Assembly: GCA_963737655.1 (NCBI GenBank)
Contig: CAVTTN010000002.1
Coordinates: 3,328,001 to 3,392,000 of the forward strand
Direction of reading: 5' to 3'
Length of the DNA: 64,000 nucleotides
Source: an uncultured Planctomycetota bacterium
GTDB lineage: Bacteria; Planctomycetota; Planctomycetia; Isosphaerales; Isosphaeraceae
A program made the position numbers and the translations under genes. Positions 40,979 to 50,630 of the stretch are shown piece by piece; within the stretch, counting starts at the first letter, position 1, and each line of letters begins with the position of its first letter. The notes beneath the pieces are model-generated. The model was given only the letters and a program-made list of their open reading frames with translations, did no database searches and was not told where the DNA came from.

Positions 40979-42669
40979 CGCATCGTCTCCAGGAGGCGGG
41001 CGAGATCGACCAGCGCCTCGGCCGCAAGCGCATGGTCGGTCGCGGACAGGACCTCGACCCGGGCGGACGGTTCCAGCCGAGTGATCCGGTCACCAATCGC
41101 CCGGGATCGGCACGCGATCATCGGGGCGAGGCGGAGGATCTCGGTCAGCGCATCATCGGGCGGGATCGTCTCGCGATTCACGAGCGTGACCGGCCCCGGG
41201 TGCGATCCGAGGACCTCGATCAACGGTGCAAACGTCGTCATTTGATCCACAACATGGACCACCGGCGGGTTGCCCAGGACCGGCCGGAGCCGGGTGAGGA
41301 GCGACGATTCCCGCCAGCCCGCCCTGAGCGGAAGGGGCGGCAGGGTCGCGGCCGAGTCGGTTCTCAGGAACGCGAGCACGTCGTTTCGGCCGGTCAAGGC
41401 GCGCACGAATCGGGCCGACTCGGCGTCGTATCCCGGCTCTCGGGGCGAGGGGTAGACGACCACCGCCACGCGGTCGGGGGCCGGTCGCATCGGCCGGATC
41501 GGCGCGGAGTCGAGGGCCTCGCGAAGCCGCCGGGCCGAATCGTCCCACGAGAACGTCAGGGCCTGTTCGCGCGATCGGACCCGCATCGCCGAAAGCCGTT
41601 GGGGGTCGTCGAGCAACGCGGCGATCGTCGCCGCCCAGGCCGATGGGTCGTCGGTCGGCGCGACGATTCCCGCGGTGCCCACCACCTCCGGCTGGGACGA
41701 GTTGTCGGCCGCAACGACCGGGGCCCCGCAGCTCATCGCCTCCAGGATGGGGAGGCCGAATCCCTCGTACCGAGACGGAGAGAGGAACAGCGAGCAGCGT
41801 CGGCAGAGCGCGCGTACCGACTCGTCGGTCGCCGGCCCGGTCGTGAGGACCCGGCCGCTCAGCCCGAGCCGCTCGATCGTCTCGTCGAGGACGGCGCGAA
41901 ACCAGGCGTTTTTCCCGAAGGTGAGCACCAGCGGATATGTCCAACGAATCGTTTCGGGGAGCAAGGCGTAAGCCTCGACGCATCCCAGCACGTTCTTGCG
42001 CCAATCGACGTTTCCGAGGTAGTACAGGAACGATTGGGGGATCGCGAGGGACTCCAGGAGGAGGTCGTCGGCCCGGCGTTCGTCGTCGTTGGAGGCGGGA
42101 CGGAAGAAAACGGGATCGGAGGCGGCCCGGATGTTGACGATCCGCCGTTTCGAGATGCCCAGATGTTCGTGAACGTCGTGTCCGGTCGCCCGGGAATTGG
42201 CGAGGATCAGGTCGTAGGCTCCGAGGCGTCGGAGGTCGTTCGCGTACTCGGCGGCGAGCCCGGGGGCGTCGAGATAGTGGCGGGGAAAGAGGGCCGGGAT
42301 CAGGTCGTGGACCAGAGCCGCCAGCCTCGGGCCGCCGGGGACGGGCTCGGGCAGGGCGAAGCCGCGACGCTCCACCAGCGGGTTCGGGATCAGGAGCCAG
42401 TCGAGCCGGTGGGGATTCGCCTGGACGATCGCCTGGAGAGAGCCGTCGGCCGATCGGAACGGGTCCGGCGCGACATCCGCCCAGGCGGTGCGACGCTGAC
42501 TCGTCGTCGGCCAGTCGAGTGGGAGGTCGGGGCGTCGGTAGAAGACGAATTCGTCGTCGGTGGCCGATTGGGAGAGGAGGGCGTGGAGGAGCGATTCGGC
42601 ATAACGGCCGATGCCGCGACCCCGGCAGCTCGGGGCCTGGATCGCCCAGAGATCCACGCCGATCCTCAT
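40966..42669 (-). CDS. WbdA/MtfA-like GT4 glycosyltransferase with a short, degenerate second domain
   Basis: MRIGVD...RGRGIGRY, HDLIP, RKN, PSRYEGFGLPILEAMSCG, SSQPEV. Confidence 0.88.
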   Translation of the reverse strand: MRIGVDLWAIQAPSCRGRGIGRYAESLLHALLSQSATDDEFVFYRRPDLPLDWPTTSQRRTAWADVAPDPFRSADGSLQAIVQANPHRLDWLLIPNPLVERRGFALPEPVPGGPRLAALVHDLIPALFPRHYLDAPGLAAEYANDLRRLGAYDLILANSRATGHDVHEHLGISKRRIVNIRAASDPVFFRPASNDDERRADDLLLESLAIPQSFLYYLGNVDWRKNVLGCVEAYALLPETIRWTYPLVLTFGKNAWFRAVLDETIERLGLSGRVLTTGPATDESVRALCRRCSLFLSPSRYEGFGLPILEAMSCGAPVVAADNSSQPEVVGTAGIVAPTDDPSAWAATIAALLDDPQRLSAMRVRSREQALTFSWDDSARRLREALDSAPIRPMRPAPDRVAVVVYPSPREPGYDAESARFVRALTGRNDVLAFLRTDSAATLPPLPLRAGWRESSLLTRLRPVLGNPPVVHVVDQMTTFAPLIEVLGSHPGPVTLVNRETIPPDDALTEILRLAPMIACRSRAIGDRITRLEPSARVEVLSATDHALAAEALVDLARLLETMRCPG

Positions 42670-42956
42670 GGCCGGTCGGCCCCCGAAGCGTCGAGCTCCG
42701 CCTCCTCCGACCGCTCCTTTAGCAGGAACCGGGGATTTCGAGAAGGCCGATCAGGCAGAGTCTAGCGTTGCGAATCGAATCGTGTATACTTGCAGCCTGT
42801 TTCACCGCATCCCGATGCCGATGTCGGTTGTCGGGAGGGGTCGAGACGCCCGGCCCACCGTGCGAGGTGGGTCATTTCCCGTCACCGAGCGGCTTTCGAG
42901 AACGTCTCTCCCAGCCGTCGGGCCGTCGGGCGCCTTCCCCCCCATCGAGGTCCACC

Positions 42957-45141
42957 ATGATCCGCAATCGCCTGTTCGGTCGTTCGCCTGAGGCCCGGCC
43001 CGCACGTCTCCGGGGGCGTCGGGCTGTTTTCGGGGTCGAAGGGCTGGAGACCCGCGACCTGATGGCCACCCTGTACGTGGCCACGAGCGGCTCGGACTCC
43101 AACGCCGGGACGTCCCCGAGCGCGCCGTACCACTCGATCCAGGCCGCCGTCACGGCCGCCAGCTCGGGCGACGAGATCCGCGTGGCGGCGGGGACGTACT
43201 CCTACGACCCGAGCGCCGACAAGTACGGCCCGAACAAGCAGTTCAGCTACGCCGGCACCCTGGCCGTGAAGTCGGTGGTGGACGTATTGAACAAGGAGCT
43301 GACGATCCGGGGCGGGTTCACGGCGAGCAACTTCAACACGTCGGACCCGGTGAACAACCCGACGATCATCGACGGCGGGGGCCAGAATCGCGGCGTGTTC
43401 GTCGTGGCGCAGAGCACCTCCGGGACGTCGCTGGACCTCGAAGGCTTCACGATCCAGAACGCGCTGGCCCAGGGGATCTCCAACCGGGGCGGGGCGGACG
43501 CCGTCTACGCCTTCGGCGGCGGCCTGTTCGCCGACATGGGCTCGGACCAGAACGACTCGGCCCCGTGGGTCCTCAAGAACCTGGTCTTCGCCAACGACCA
43601 GGCGGTCTCCGGCGGCACGTATCAGGGAGACGGCGGCCGGGCGGCCGGCGGGGCGGTGGCGTTCCGCTACGTCAAGAACGCGACGATGTCCAACGTCGTC
43701 TTCAGCGGCAATCAGGCCGTCGGCAACGGCGGGGGCGCGGCCGGAGGCGGCGCTGGGCGGGGCGGTGCACCTCGACCACTCCAACCTCACCGGCGACGAC
43801 CTCACGTTCACCAACAATACCGCCCAGGCCGGCAACAACACCACCGGATCGGGCACCGGGCAGAACGGCGAGACCGCCGACGCTCTCGGGGGCGCCCTGG
43901 CCGTCCAGTTCAGCAGCACGGTGAACCTGACCCACATCACCGCCACGGGCAACCGCGCCGTCGGCGGCAATTCCTCGGGGACGGCCGGGGGCGCGTTCGG
44001 CGGGGCGTTCTATGCCGAGGGCACCGGCTCGGACGTCTCCCTGAACCTCACCGGAGCCTACCTCCAGGGCAACACCGCGCAGAGCGGCAGCGGGGCCAGC
44101 GCCGGGATCGCCGGCGGAGGCGCGATCCAGACCCACAACGCCTCGCTGGCCCTGACCAACTCCCGGGTCGTCGCCAACACCGCGAAGAGCGGCAGCTCGA
44201 CCGGCTCGACCGGCGGGACGGCCAACGGCGGCGGCATCTTCCTCTCGGTCTTCACCGGCTCGGCCTCGAACACGATCACCAACTCGGTGATCGCCGACAA
44301 CGCCACGGTCCTCGGCTCGGGCGGGGACGCCGGCGGAGGCGGCGGCGGGATCTACATGCAGAGCGTCTCGGCGACCCTCTCGCAGGACACCATCGACGGC
44401 AACCGGATCGACGCCCGCCAGGCCGTCGGCCAGGGCATCCTCGTCGTCAACGCCTCCACGATCGCCCTGAACAGCAGCATCCTCTCGAACCACACCGCCA
44501 CCGGCACCTCCGGCGCCATCGACGTCCTTCCCGGCGGCACGTTCACCATCAACAAGCTCCTGAGCTTCAATAATGCCGCCCTGCTGGGCGTGAACACGAA
44601 GACCGGCGTGAGCGGTCAGGGCACCGTGGTGAGCGTCTCGGCCACGACGGCCGTGCCGAACATCTACCTCTCCCCCGGCACGCCGAACTGGGACTACCGG
44701 ATCAGCCCGACCGCCAACCTGCCGACGACCGCCGCCGGCCTGGGGAGCACGGAAGTCCCGAAGGTGGACGACTCGGCCCAGGCGTCCTCCTCGGTCGTCA
44801 ATCTCCCGCCCGGCTCGACGGCCTCGGGCTTCTCCGCGTCGCTCGCGCAGACCTTGCAGACGAACAAGGGGATCGTCGGCGTGGTCCTCCAGTACAACGC
44901 CGCGATCTCGGCGAAGCTGGCCAAGAATGCCAAGGCGTACAAGCTCATCAAGATCTCCGGCAAGAAGCTGCCGAAGGTCGGCAAGGTCGTCTTCAACGCC
45001 GGCTCCAACGTCGTGACGATCAAGTTCACGGGACCGATCAAGGCCGGATCGTCGGCCGCCCTCGTCCTCAACCCGGCCAGGCTGACCGACGGCACCGGCC
45101 GCGCCCTGAGCGGCGGGACGAGCTTCACGATCTCGGCATGA
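42957..45141 (+). CDS. Secreted Gly/Ser/Thr/Asn-rich right-handed beta-helix protein (frameshift near 43750)
   Basis: VEGLETRDLMA export motif; LYVATSGSDSNAGT...SIQAAV..GDEIRVAAGTY; repeated F-x-x-N-x-A...GGA; second half continues in ORF 43765-45141. Confidence 0.8.
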
Positions 45142-45152
45142 GATCCGGGACA

Positions 45153-45194
45153 TGCCCCCTCGCCCGGCTCGGGCCGGGCCCGGACGAGGGGGCA
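45153..45194 (+). terminator. GC-rich stem-loop after the beta-helix gene
   Basis: TGCCCCCTCG...CGAGGGGGCA inverted repeat; no clear U-tract. Confidence 0.45.
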
Positions 45195-45286
45195 GTCGGC
45201 TTCGTCCCCGACGATTCCCGCGTTGACGTTCGGGGGCCTCGCGGCTAACCTCCCGCCGGAACGATCCGGCAGGGAGGCCGCTGGGG

Positions 45287-47725
45287 ATGAGGATTGGACT
45301 CGATGCGCTCGGGATGCAGTCGCCCGACCACTCGCGGAGGGGGATCGGGCGCTATGCTCGCCATCTGGTCTCGGCCATGGCGAACGCCCCCGGCGATCAC
45401 CGCCTGATCCTCTACGCCCACGACGGCCTGCCGACCGACCTCCTCCCCGCCGATTCCCCGTCGATCGATCGCCGGACGCTGGCGCCCGACCCCGATCGGG
45501 CCGAGCGGACCGCCTCGGCGCGAGTGGATCGCCTCGTCCGGGAGAATCCCGACCAGCTCGACGCCTTCCTCGTCCTCAGCCCGTTCGAGGCGAGGCTCGC
45601 CTACGACCCTCCGGCGCCTCCCCGCGAAGGCCCGGCGATGGCGGCGGTCGTTTATGACCTGATTCCACTGATCTTCCCCGAGGTCCACCTCGCGAGGGGA
45701 CGGCGGGGGCCGTGGTACGACCGCTGCTTGCGGACGGTCTCACGCTACGACGCCCTGTTGACCATCTCCGAGGCCACTCGCGCCGATTGCCTCGCGAAGC
45801 TGGGGCTTCCCGACGACCGCGTGACCCGCATCGGCACCGCCAGCGACCCCGAATTCTTCTTCCCGGCTCCCGCGGACGCCGAATCCGACGCGGTCCTGAG
45901 AGGACTCGGCGTCGATCGCCCGTTCGTCCTGTGCGTCGGCGGGCTCGACCCGAGGAAGAACCTCTGGGGCCTGATCGAGGCGTTCGGCAAGCTGCCGGAA
46001 TCGCTCCGATCGACCCATCAACTGGTCCTCACGTTCGAGCTTTTCGGCGACGACGAGCCCCGGCTCCTCAAATATGCCGGGGAACGGGGCGTGCCGATCG
46101 TCCTGACCGACGAGGTGGACGACTCGACCTTGCGGACCCTCTATCGCCGCTGCGAGGCGCTGGCGTTCCCCTCGCAGTATGAGGGGTTCGGCCTGCCGAT
46201 CCTGGAGGCGATGCTCTGCGGATCGGCCGTGATCGCGGCGGGCAACTCGGCCCAGCCCGAGGCGGCCGGCGACGCGGCCCTCTATGTGAATGCGGCCGAG
46301 CCCGGCGACATCGCCGACAAGATCGCCCGGTTCCTCACGAGCCCCGACCTGGCCGGATCGCTGAGGGCGAAGGCCGTCGATCAGGCCCGACGCTTCTCCT
46401 GGGCGAAAACCGCCGGGACGGCGATCGAGGCCCTGGAAGCCGCCGTCGAGGCGAAGACTTGGACCGTCCGGCGGGCCCGTTCGCCTCGCCCGAGAATCGC
46501 GTTCTTCTCGCCATTCCCGCCCGCCCGTTCGGGCGTCTCGGACTACTCGCAATCGTTGATCGAGGAATTGAGCAAGTTTTATCTCATCGATCGGTATTCA
46601 GCGCCGAACTCGGTGGACGATCCGGCGTGGCACGTCGATGGTTCGTCCTCGGCCGACGCCCGCGTGTTCGAGAAAGTCTCGCCCGCCCGCGACTATCGCG
46701 GCGTCGTCTATCAAATGGGCAATTCCTGGTATCATCGCTTCCTGTATCCGATGCTGCTGAAATACCCCGGCGTGACCACGCTCCACGACTTCTGCCTGGC
46801 GGGATTCCACCTCGGTTACGGCGGGTCGATCGGGCGTCGTCGCGAGCATTTCGCCGAGGAACTCGCCCATGCCTCGCCCGAGGCTTCGGGCGATCTGCTG
46901 GCCTTCCACGACGCCCATTTCGACGACCCCGAGCGGATCATCGCCGAGGCCGCGAGGCTCCGCGCCTACCTGAATCGCCGGGTCTTCGAGCGATCGCGAC
47001 GGGTGATCGTCCATTCGCCCTGGTGCGTGGCGAGGCTCGAAGAGCGCTGGCCCCACCTGGCGGGCAAGGCCGTGGTCGTGCCGATGGGCTCGCGGGTCCG
47101 CCCGCTCGATTCGGCACGAAAGACGGCCATTCGCGCGAGGTTCGATCTCGATCCCGGGGCCTTGATCGTCGCCGCATTCGGCTTCGTCCACCCGGACAAG
47201 ATGAACGAGGAAGCGGCGATCGCGTTCGAGGCCGTCGCCCGGTCGGTCCCGTCGGCCGTCCTGCTCTTCGTGGGCCAGGAGGCCGACGGCGGTGCGGTCA
47301 GGCGGAGGGTCGAGGAGGCGGGCCTGAACCCTCGCGTCCGGTTCCTCGGTCGGCAGACGGCCGCCGATTTCGCCGACCTGGCCGCCGTCACGGACATCGG
47401 CCTGAACCTCCGCAGGCCGCCGACCAACGGCGAGACCTCGGCCGCCCTGCTGGACCTGCTCCGCCACGGAGTCGCCACGCTGGTGACCGACGTGGCCACG
47501 TTCTCCGACTATCCCGATTCGGTCGTCCTCAAGGTGAAGTGGGACGCCGAGGGGCAGGACGGCCTGACCCGGCGGATGCTCGAACTCGCCGAGAATCCGG
47601 GTCTTCGCAACCGGATCGGCCGGGCCGCGGCGGGGCGTGTCGCGGCCGAACATGACTGGTCGCGGGTGGCCGAAAAGTATGTGGACGTGATCGAATCTTG
47701 CCGGGCCCATGCGAGGGCCTCGTGA
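45287..47725 (+). CDS. WbdA/MtfA-like two-domain GT4 glycosyltransferase
   Basis: MRIGLD...RRGIGRY, YDLIP, PRKN, PSQYEGFGLPILEAM; second domain RIAFFSPFPPARSGVSDYS, YQMGNS..H, LHD, AFGFV..K, NLR...GETSA. Confidence 0.9.
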   Translation: MRIGLDALGMQSPDHSRRGIGRYARHLVSAMANAPGDHRLILYAHDGLPTDLLPADSPSIDRRTLAPDPDRAERTASARVDRLVRENPDQLDAFLVLSPFEARLAYDPPAPPREGPAMAAVVYDLIPLIFPEVHLARGRRGPWYDRCLRTVSRYDALLTISEATRADCLAKLGLPDDRVTRIGTASDPEFFFPAPADAESDAVLRGLGVDRPFVLCVGGLDPRKNLWGLIEAFGKLPESLRSTHQLVLTFELFGDDEPRLLKYAGERGVPIVLTDEVDDSTLRTLYRRCEALAFPSQYEGFGLPILEAMLCGSAVIAAGNSAQPEAAGDAALYVNAAEPGDIADKIARFLTSPDLAGSLRAKAVDQARRFSWAKTAGTAIEALEAAVEAKTWTVRRARSPRPRIAFFSPFPPARSGVSDYSQSLIEELSKFYLIDRYSAPNSVDDPAWHVDGSSSADARVFEKVSPARDYRGVVYQMGNSWYHRFLYPMLLKYPGVTTLHDFCLAGFHLGYGGSIGRRREHFAEELAHASPEASGDLLAFHDAHFDDPERIIAEAARLRAYLNRRVFERSRRVIVHSPWCVARLEERWPHLAGKAVVVPMGSRVRPLDSARKTAIRARFDLDPGALIVAAFGFVHPDKMNEEAAIAFEAVARSVPSAVLLFVGQEADGGAVRRRVEEAGLNPRVRFLGRQTAADFADLAAVTDIGLNLRRPPTNGETSAALLDLLRHGVATLVTDVATFSDYPDSVVLKVKWDAEGQDGLTRRMLELAENPGLRNRIGRAAAGRVAAEHDWSRVAEKYVDVIESCRAHARAS

Positions 47726-47747
47726 GGACGACGGGCAAGGAGAGCCG

Positions 47748-48047
47748 ATGAAGCGCGTGGCCAAGGCCCTGTTGAAGCCCCTGTGGAAAGCGACCGGGCC
47801 GGTCCGCCGGCCGATCTCGGCGAGGGTCGAGCGCTACCTCCGGCGGTGCCTGACCGTCCCGCCCCCGCCGCCGACGGACACGCTCGACGAGGTCGTCGTC
47901 GCCCTCGATTTCGTGGTTCGAGAGCTCGTCCGGCTCCAGGACGACGTGGATCGGCTCCGCTCGGCGATCGAGGAACGGAATGAGGCGGGCGGCGGGATCT
48001 CGGTCCTCGCGCGGTTGCCTCGCGAGGGGCGAAACCGGGCCGGTTAA
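47748..48047 (+). CDS. Small amphipathic/coiled-coil protein
   Basis: AGGAG RBS; MKRVAKALLKPLWKATGPVRR and LDFVVRELVRLQDDVDRL. Confidence 0.7.
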   Translation: MKRVAKALLKPLWKATGPVRRPISARVERYLRRCLTVPPPPPTDTLDEVVVALDFVVRELVRLQDDVDRLRSAIEERNEAGGGISVLARLPREGRNRAG

Positions 48048-48163
48048 CGCGTTCCCGACGGATCGCTCGCGGCTTCGGCCGCTTATTCCCCCATTCCGGG
48101 CCAGACGGTTCATCAACGCCTCAACCCGCCGGGTGCTCGGCGAGCCGAAGAGGACCGCATCCG

Positions 48164-50425
48164 ATGCCGGAAGACCTCGCGACCGACACGCCGGACGGAT
48201 CGCCGCGCCTCCGCGCCCGAGACCTCCTCGCCGTGTCCCTGGTTTTCCTCGCGTGCGCCCTGATCGCCTCGTATCCGCTCGTCTGGCATCTCTCCACGAA
48301 GATCGTGGGGTCGTTGCACGATCCTTTGCAACACCTGTGGATCATGAGGTGGTATCGGACGTGCCTGCTCGAAGGCCGATCGCCGGTGATCTGCCCGGAG
48401 TTGCAGTATCCCACGGGCGCGCCTCTCGGGCTGTTCTCGCCCCTGCATCTCCAGTCGATGCTGTTCATCCCGCTGTCCCTGGCGACGGGCAACGACGTCC
48501 TGAGCTTCAACCTCGTCTGGCTCGCGGCGATGACGACCACCGGCCTCGGGACGTTCGTCCTGACGTTCCAGGCGGTGCGAAATAGGCCCTGCGCCGCGTT
48601 CGCCGGGATGCTCGCGATGTACTCGACGCCGATGCTCCTGCATGGCCGGGCCCACCTCGAACTGATCACGCTCGGCGGGTTCCCGCTGTTCCTGGCCGCC
48701 TGGATGCGGTTCGTCGATCGGCCGAGCCGGCGGGCGATGATCGCCGCGGCCGGACTCTTCGTCATCGTGGCGCTGAGCGCGGCGTATTACGTCGTGTTCG
48801 CCACGATCCCCGCCGCGATGTACGTCTTGTGGAGGGCCTCGGGGGAAGGCCGAGGGGCCGTCCTCTGGATCGCGACGCGAATCCGGCCGCTCGCCGGGTT
48901 CGCGATGATCTCCCTGCCCTTGCTCGTCCTGACGTTCTGGAATCACATCTGGGCGCACGCTCATGGATACGCCTCGGAACGCTCATTGGCCGAGTTCGAC
49001 GCCTACAATGCCCCTCCCTGGACGTTCGTCACGCCGACGGTGATGCACCGGCTCGGGGCGTTCCTGCCGGCGGACGTCTATGCGGCGGCGGGCCTGAAGC
49101 AGACGATGGGGGAACGGGCGTCGTACCTCGGCGTGGTCACGGCGGGTCTGGTTTTCCTGGCGGCGTGGCGTCGCGAGCGGTTCGCCCGTCGCGGGTTCCT
49201 CTGGCTGGCTCTCGGCTCGTTCGTGGTCCTGGCCTGGGGCAGCTCGATCAAGGCCGGATCGTGGGAAATCGGCCTTCCGAGCGGCTGGTTGAGGCGTCAC
49301 GCGCCGCTGTTCCCGATGCTTCGCGTCCCCGCGCGGTTCAACCTGTTCGTCGGCGTCGTCGCGGCGGTGATCGCGGCGGCCGGCTTGAAGGGCTTGCTCG
49401 CGAGATTGTCGCGAAACTCCCTCCGGGTCGTCGTCTATCTCGGCCTGGTGGCCGCGGCGATGGCCGATTTGCTGCTGTTCCCGTTCCCGGTCGAGACCGT
49501 CCCTCCGATCCCGCCCGGGTATCGCGAGATCCTCGCCCGAGACCCGTCGGCCGCGTTCGTCGAGGTCCCGCAATACCCCTCGACGGGTTCGCCGCTCTAT
49601 TCCGCGGCCGGGTTCTGGCAATCCATCCACCGAGGCAGGACCAACGCCGGCTACAGCGGCAACGGCAACACGCCGATGGACGCCCTGGTCACCTACAACT
49701 CGCCGTTCTTCGTGGTGAGGTTCGAAGATCCCGCGTTCCTCGCCGACCCGGGATGGACGTCGATCGACATCGTCGGGGGCGCGGACTTCCTCGATTACGC
49801 CTGGCTCTACCTCCAGCAAAATGGCTATCGATACATCGTCGTCCACCGATGGGAAGGCTACGCCGACGGCTATCCTAGGAAGCTCGACCGGCTCGCGGCC
49901 CTCCTCGAACCGGCCAGGACTTACGAAGATGCCCAAATGACGATCTACGATCGCGACCGCCTGCCGAAGCCTGATGGCCCGGCGATCCTCACGGCCGAGG
50001 GCTGGCGGGTGGCGGTCCAGGGCCGATCGATCCGGGCGGTGGGGAAGACGTCGAAGCTCGCGGTGTTCTCGCCCGACGCCTCAAGGCCGGTCACCATCGC
50101 GCTGAACGCCTCGGCCTTCCGCTCGCCGAAGACGGCCCGGCTCGTTTCGGAAGGCCGGGAACTCGCACGATGGACGATCGTCCCCGATCGCGAGTTCCGA
50201 ACGTATCGGACCCCGCCGATCTTCCTCCCCGAAGGGATTTCCTCGCTGAGCCTGGAATGCGACGCCGAGGAAACGCCCAAAAAGCATTACGAATACGCGC
50301 AAGAGACCGATTCCCGGCCCTACAGCCTGAGGGTTGCCGGCCTGACGATCTCCAGCGAAACGGACCGGCCCGAGCCGCCGACCCGGCAGGTCGCCGCGCA
50401 GCCGAGGCCGCATGTCAGTCGATGA
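48164..50425 (+). CDS. Polytopic membrane protein, GT-C/YfhO-like putative glycosyltransferase
   Basis: TM1 followed by HDPLQHLW loop, YPTG, many TMs, ASYLG, LRVPARF, large soluble C-terminus. Confidence 0.7.
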   Translation: MPEDLATDTPDGSPRLRARDLLAVSLVFLACALIASYPLVWHLSTKIVGSLHDPLQHLWIMRWYRTCLLEGRSPVICPELQYPTGAPLGLFSPLHLQSMLFIPLSLATGNDVLSFNLVWLAAMTTTGLGTFVLTFQAVRNRPCAAFAGMLAMYSTPMLLHGRAHLELITLGGFPLFLAAWMRFVDRPSRRAMIAAAGLFVIVALSAAYYVVFATIPAAMYVLWRASGEGRGAVLWIATRIRPLAGFAMISLPLLVLTFWNHIWAHAHGYASERSLAEFDAYNAPPWTFVTPTVMHRLGAFLPADVYAAAGLKQTMGERASYLGVVTAGLVFLAAWRRERFARRGFLWLALGSFVVLAWGSSIKAGSWEIGLPSGWLRRHAPLFPMLRVPARFNLFVGVVAAVIAAAGLKGLLARLSRNSLRVVVYLGLVAAAMADLLLFPFPVETVPPIPPGYREILARDPSAAFVEVPQYPSTGSPLYSAAGFWQSIHRGRTNAGYSGNGNTPMDALVTYNSPFFVVRFEDPAFLADPGWTSIDIVGGADFLDYAWLYLQQNGYRYIVVHRWEGYADGYPRKLDRLAALLEPARTYEDAQMTIYDRDRLPKPDGPAILTAEGWRVAVQGRSIRAVGKTSKLAVFSPDASRPVTIALNASAFRSPKTARLVSEGRELARWTIVPDREFRTYRTPPIFLPEGISSLSLECDAEETPKKHYEYAQETDSRPYSLRVAGLTISSETDRPEPPTRQVAAQPRPHVSR

Positions 50426-50482
50426 AGAATCCGGTTCACGATCGGAAGGCGCAGGCCCTCTTTGGCGTGGGCCCTCTTTCTG

Positions 50483-50539
50483 GTAGGGCAGGCCTCGGCC
50501 TGCCGATCCGCGAAGACGGCAGGCCGAGGCCTGCCCTAC
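50483..50539. repeat. GTAG-type REP doublet, copy 3
   Basis: GTAGGGCAGGCCTCGGCCTGCCG ... CGGCAGGCCGAGGCCTGCCCTAC between convergent genes. Confidence 0.9.
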
Positions 50540-50630
50540 GGGGATGCAATCGGCGCGGGACCTGCCTCCGCCCGTTGTTGCCGGGGCGCCGGGACGACGC
50601 GATCACGGTTCCGGACAGCCGCCCGAAAGC

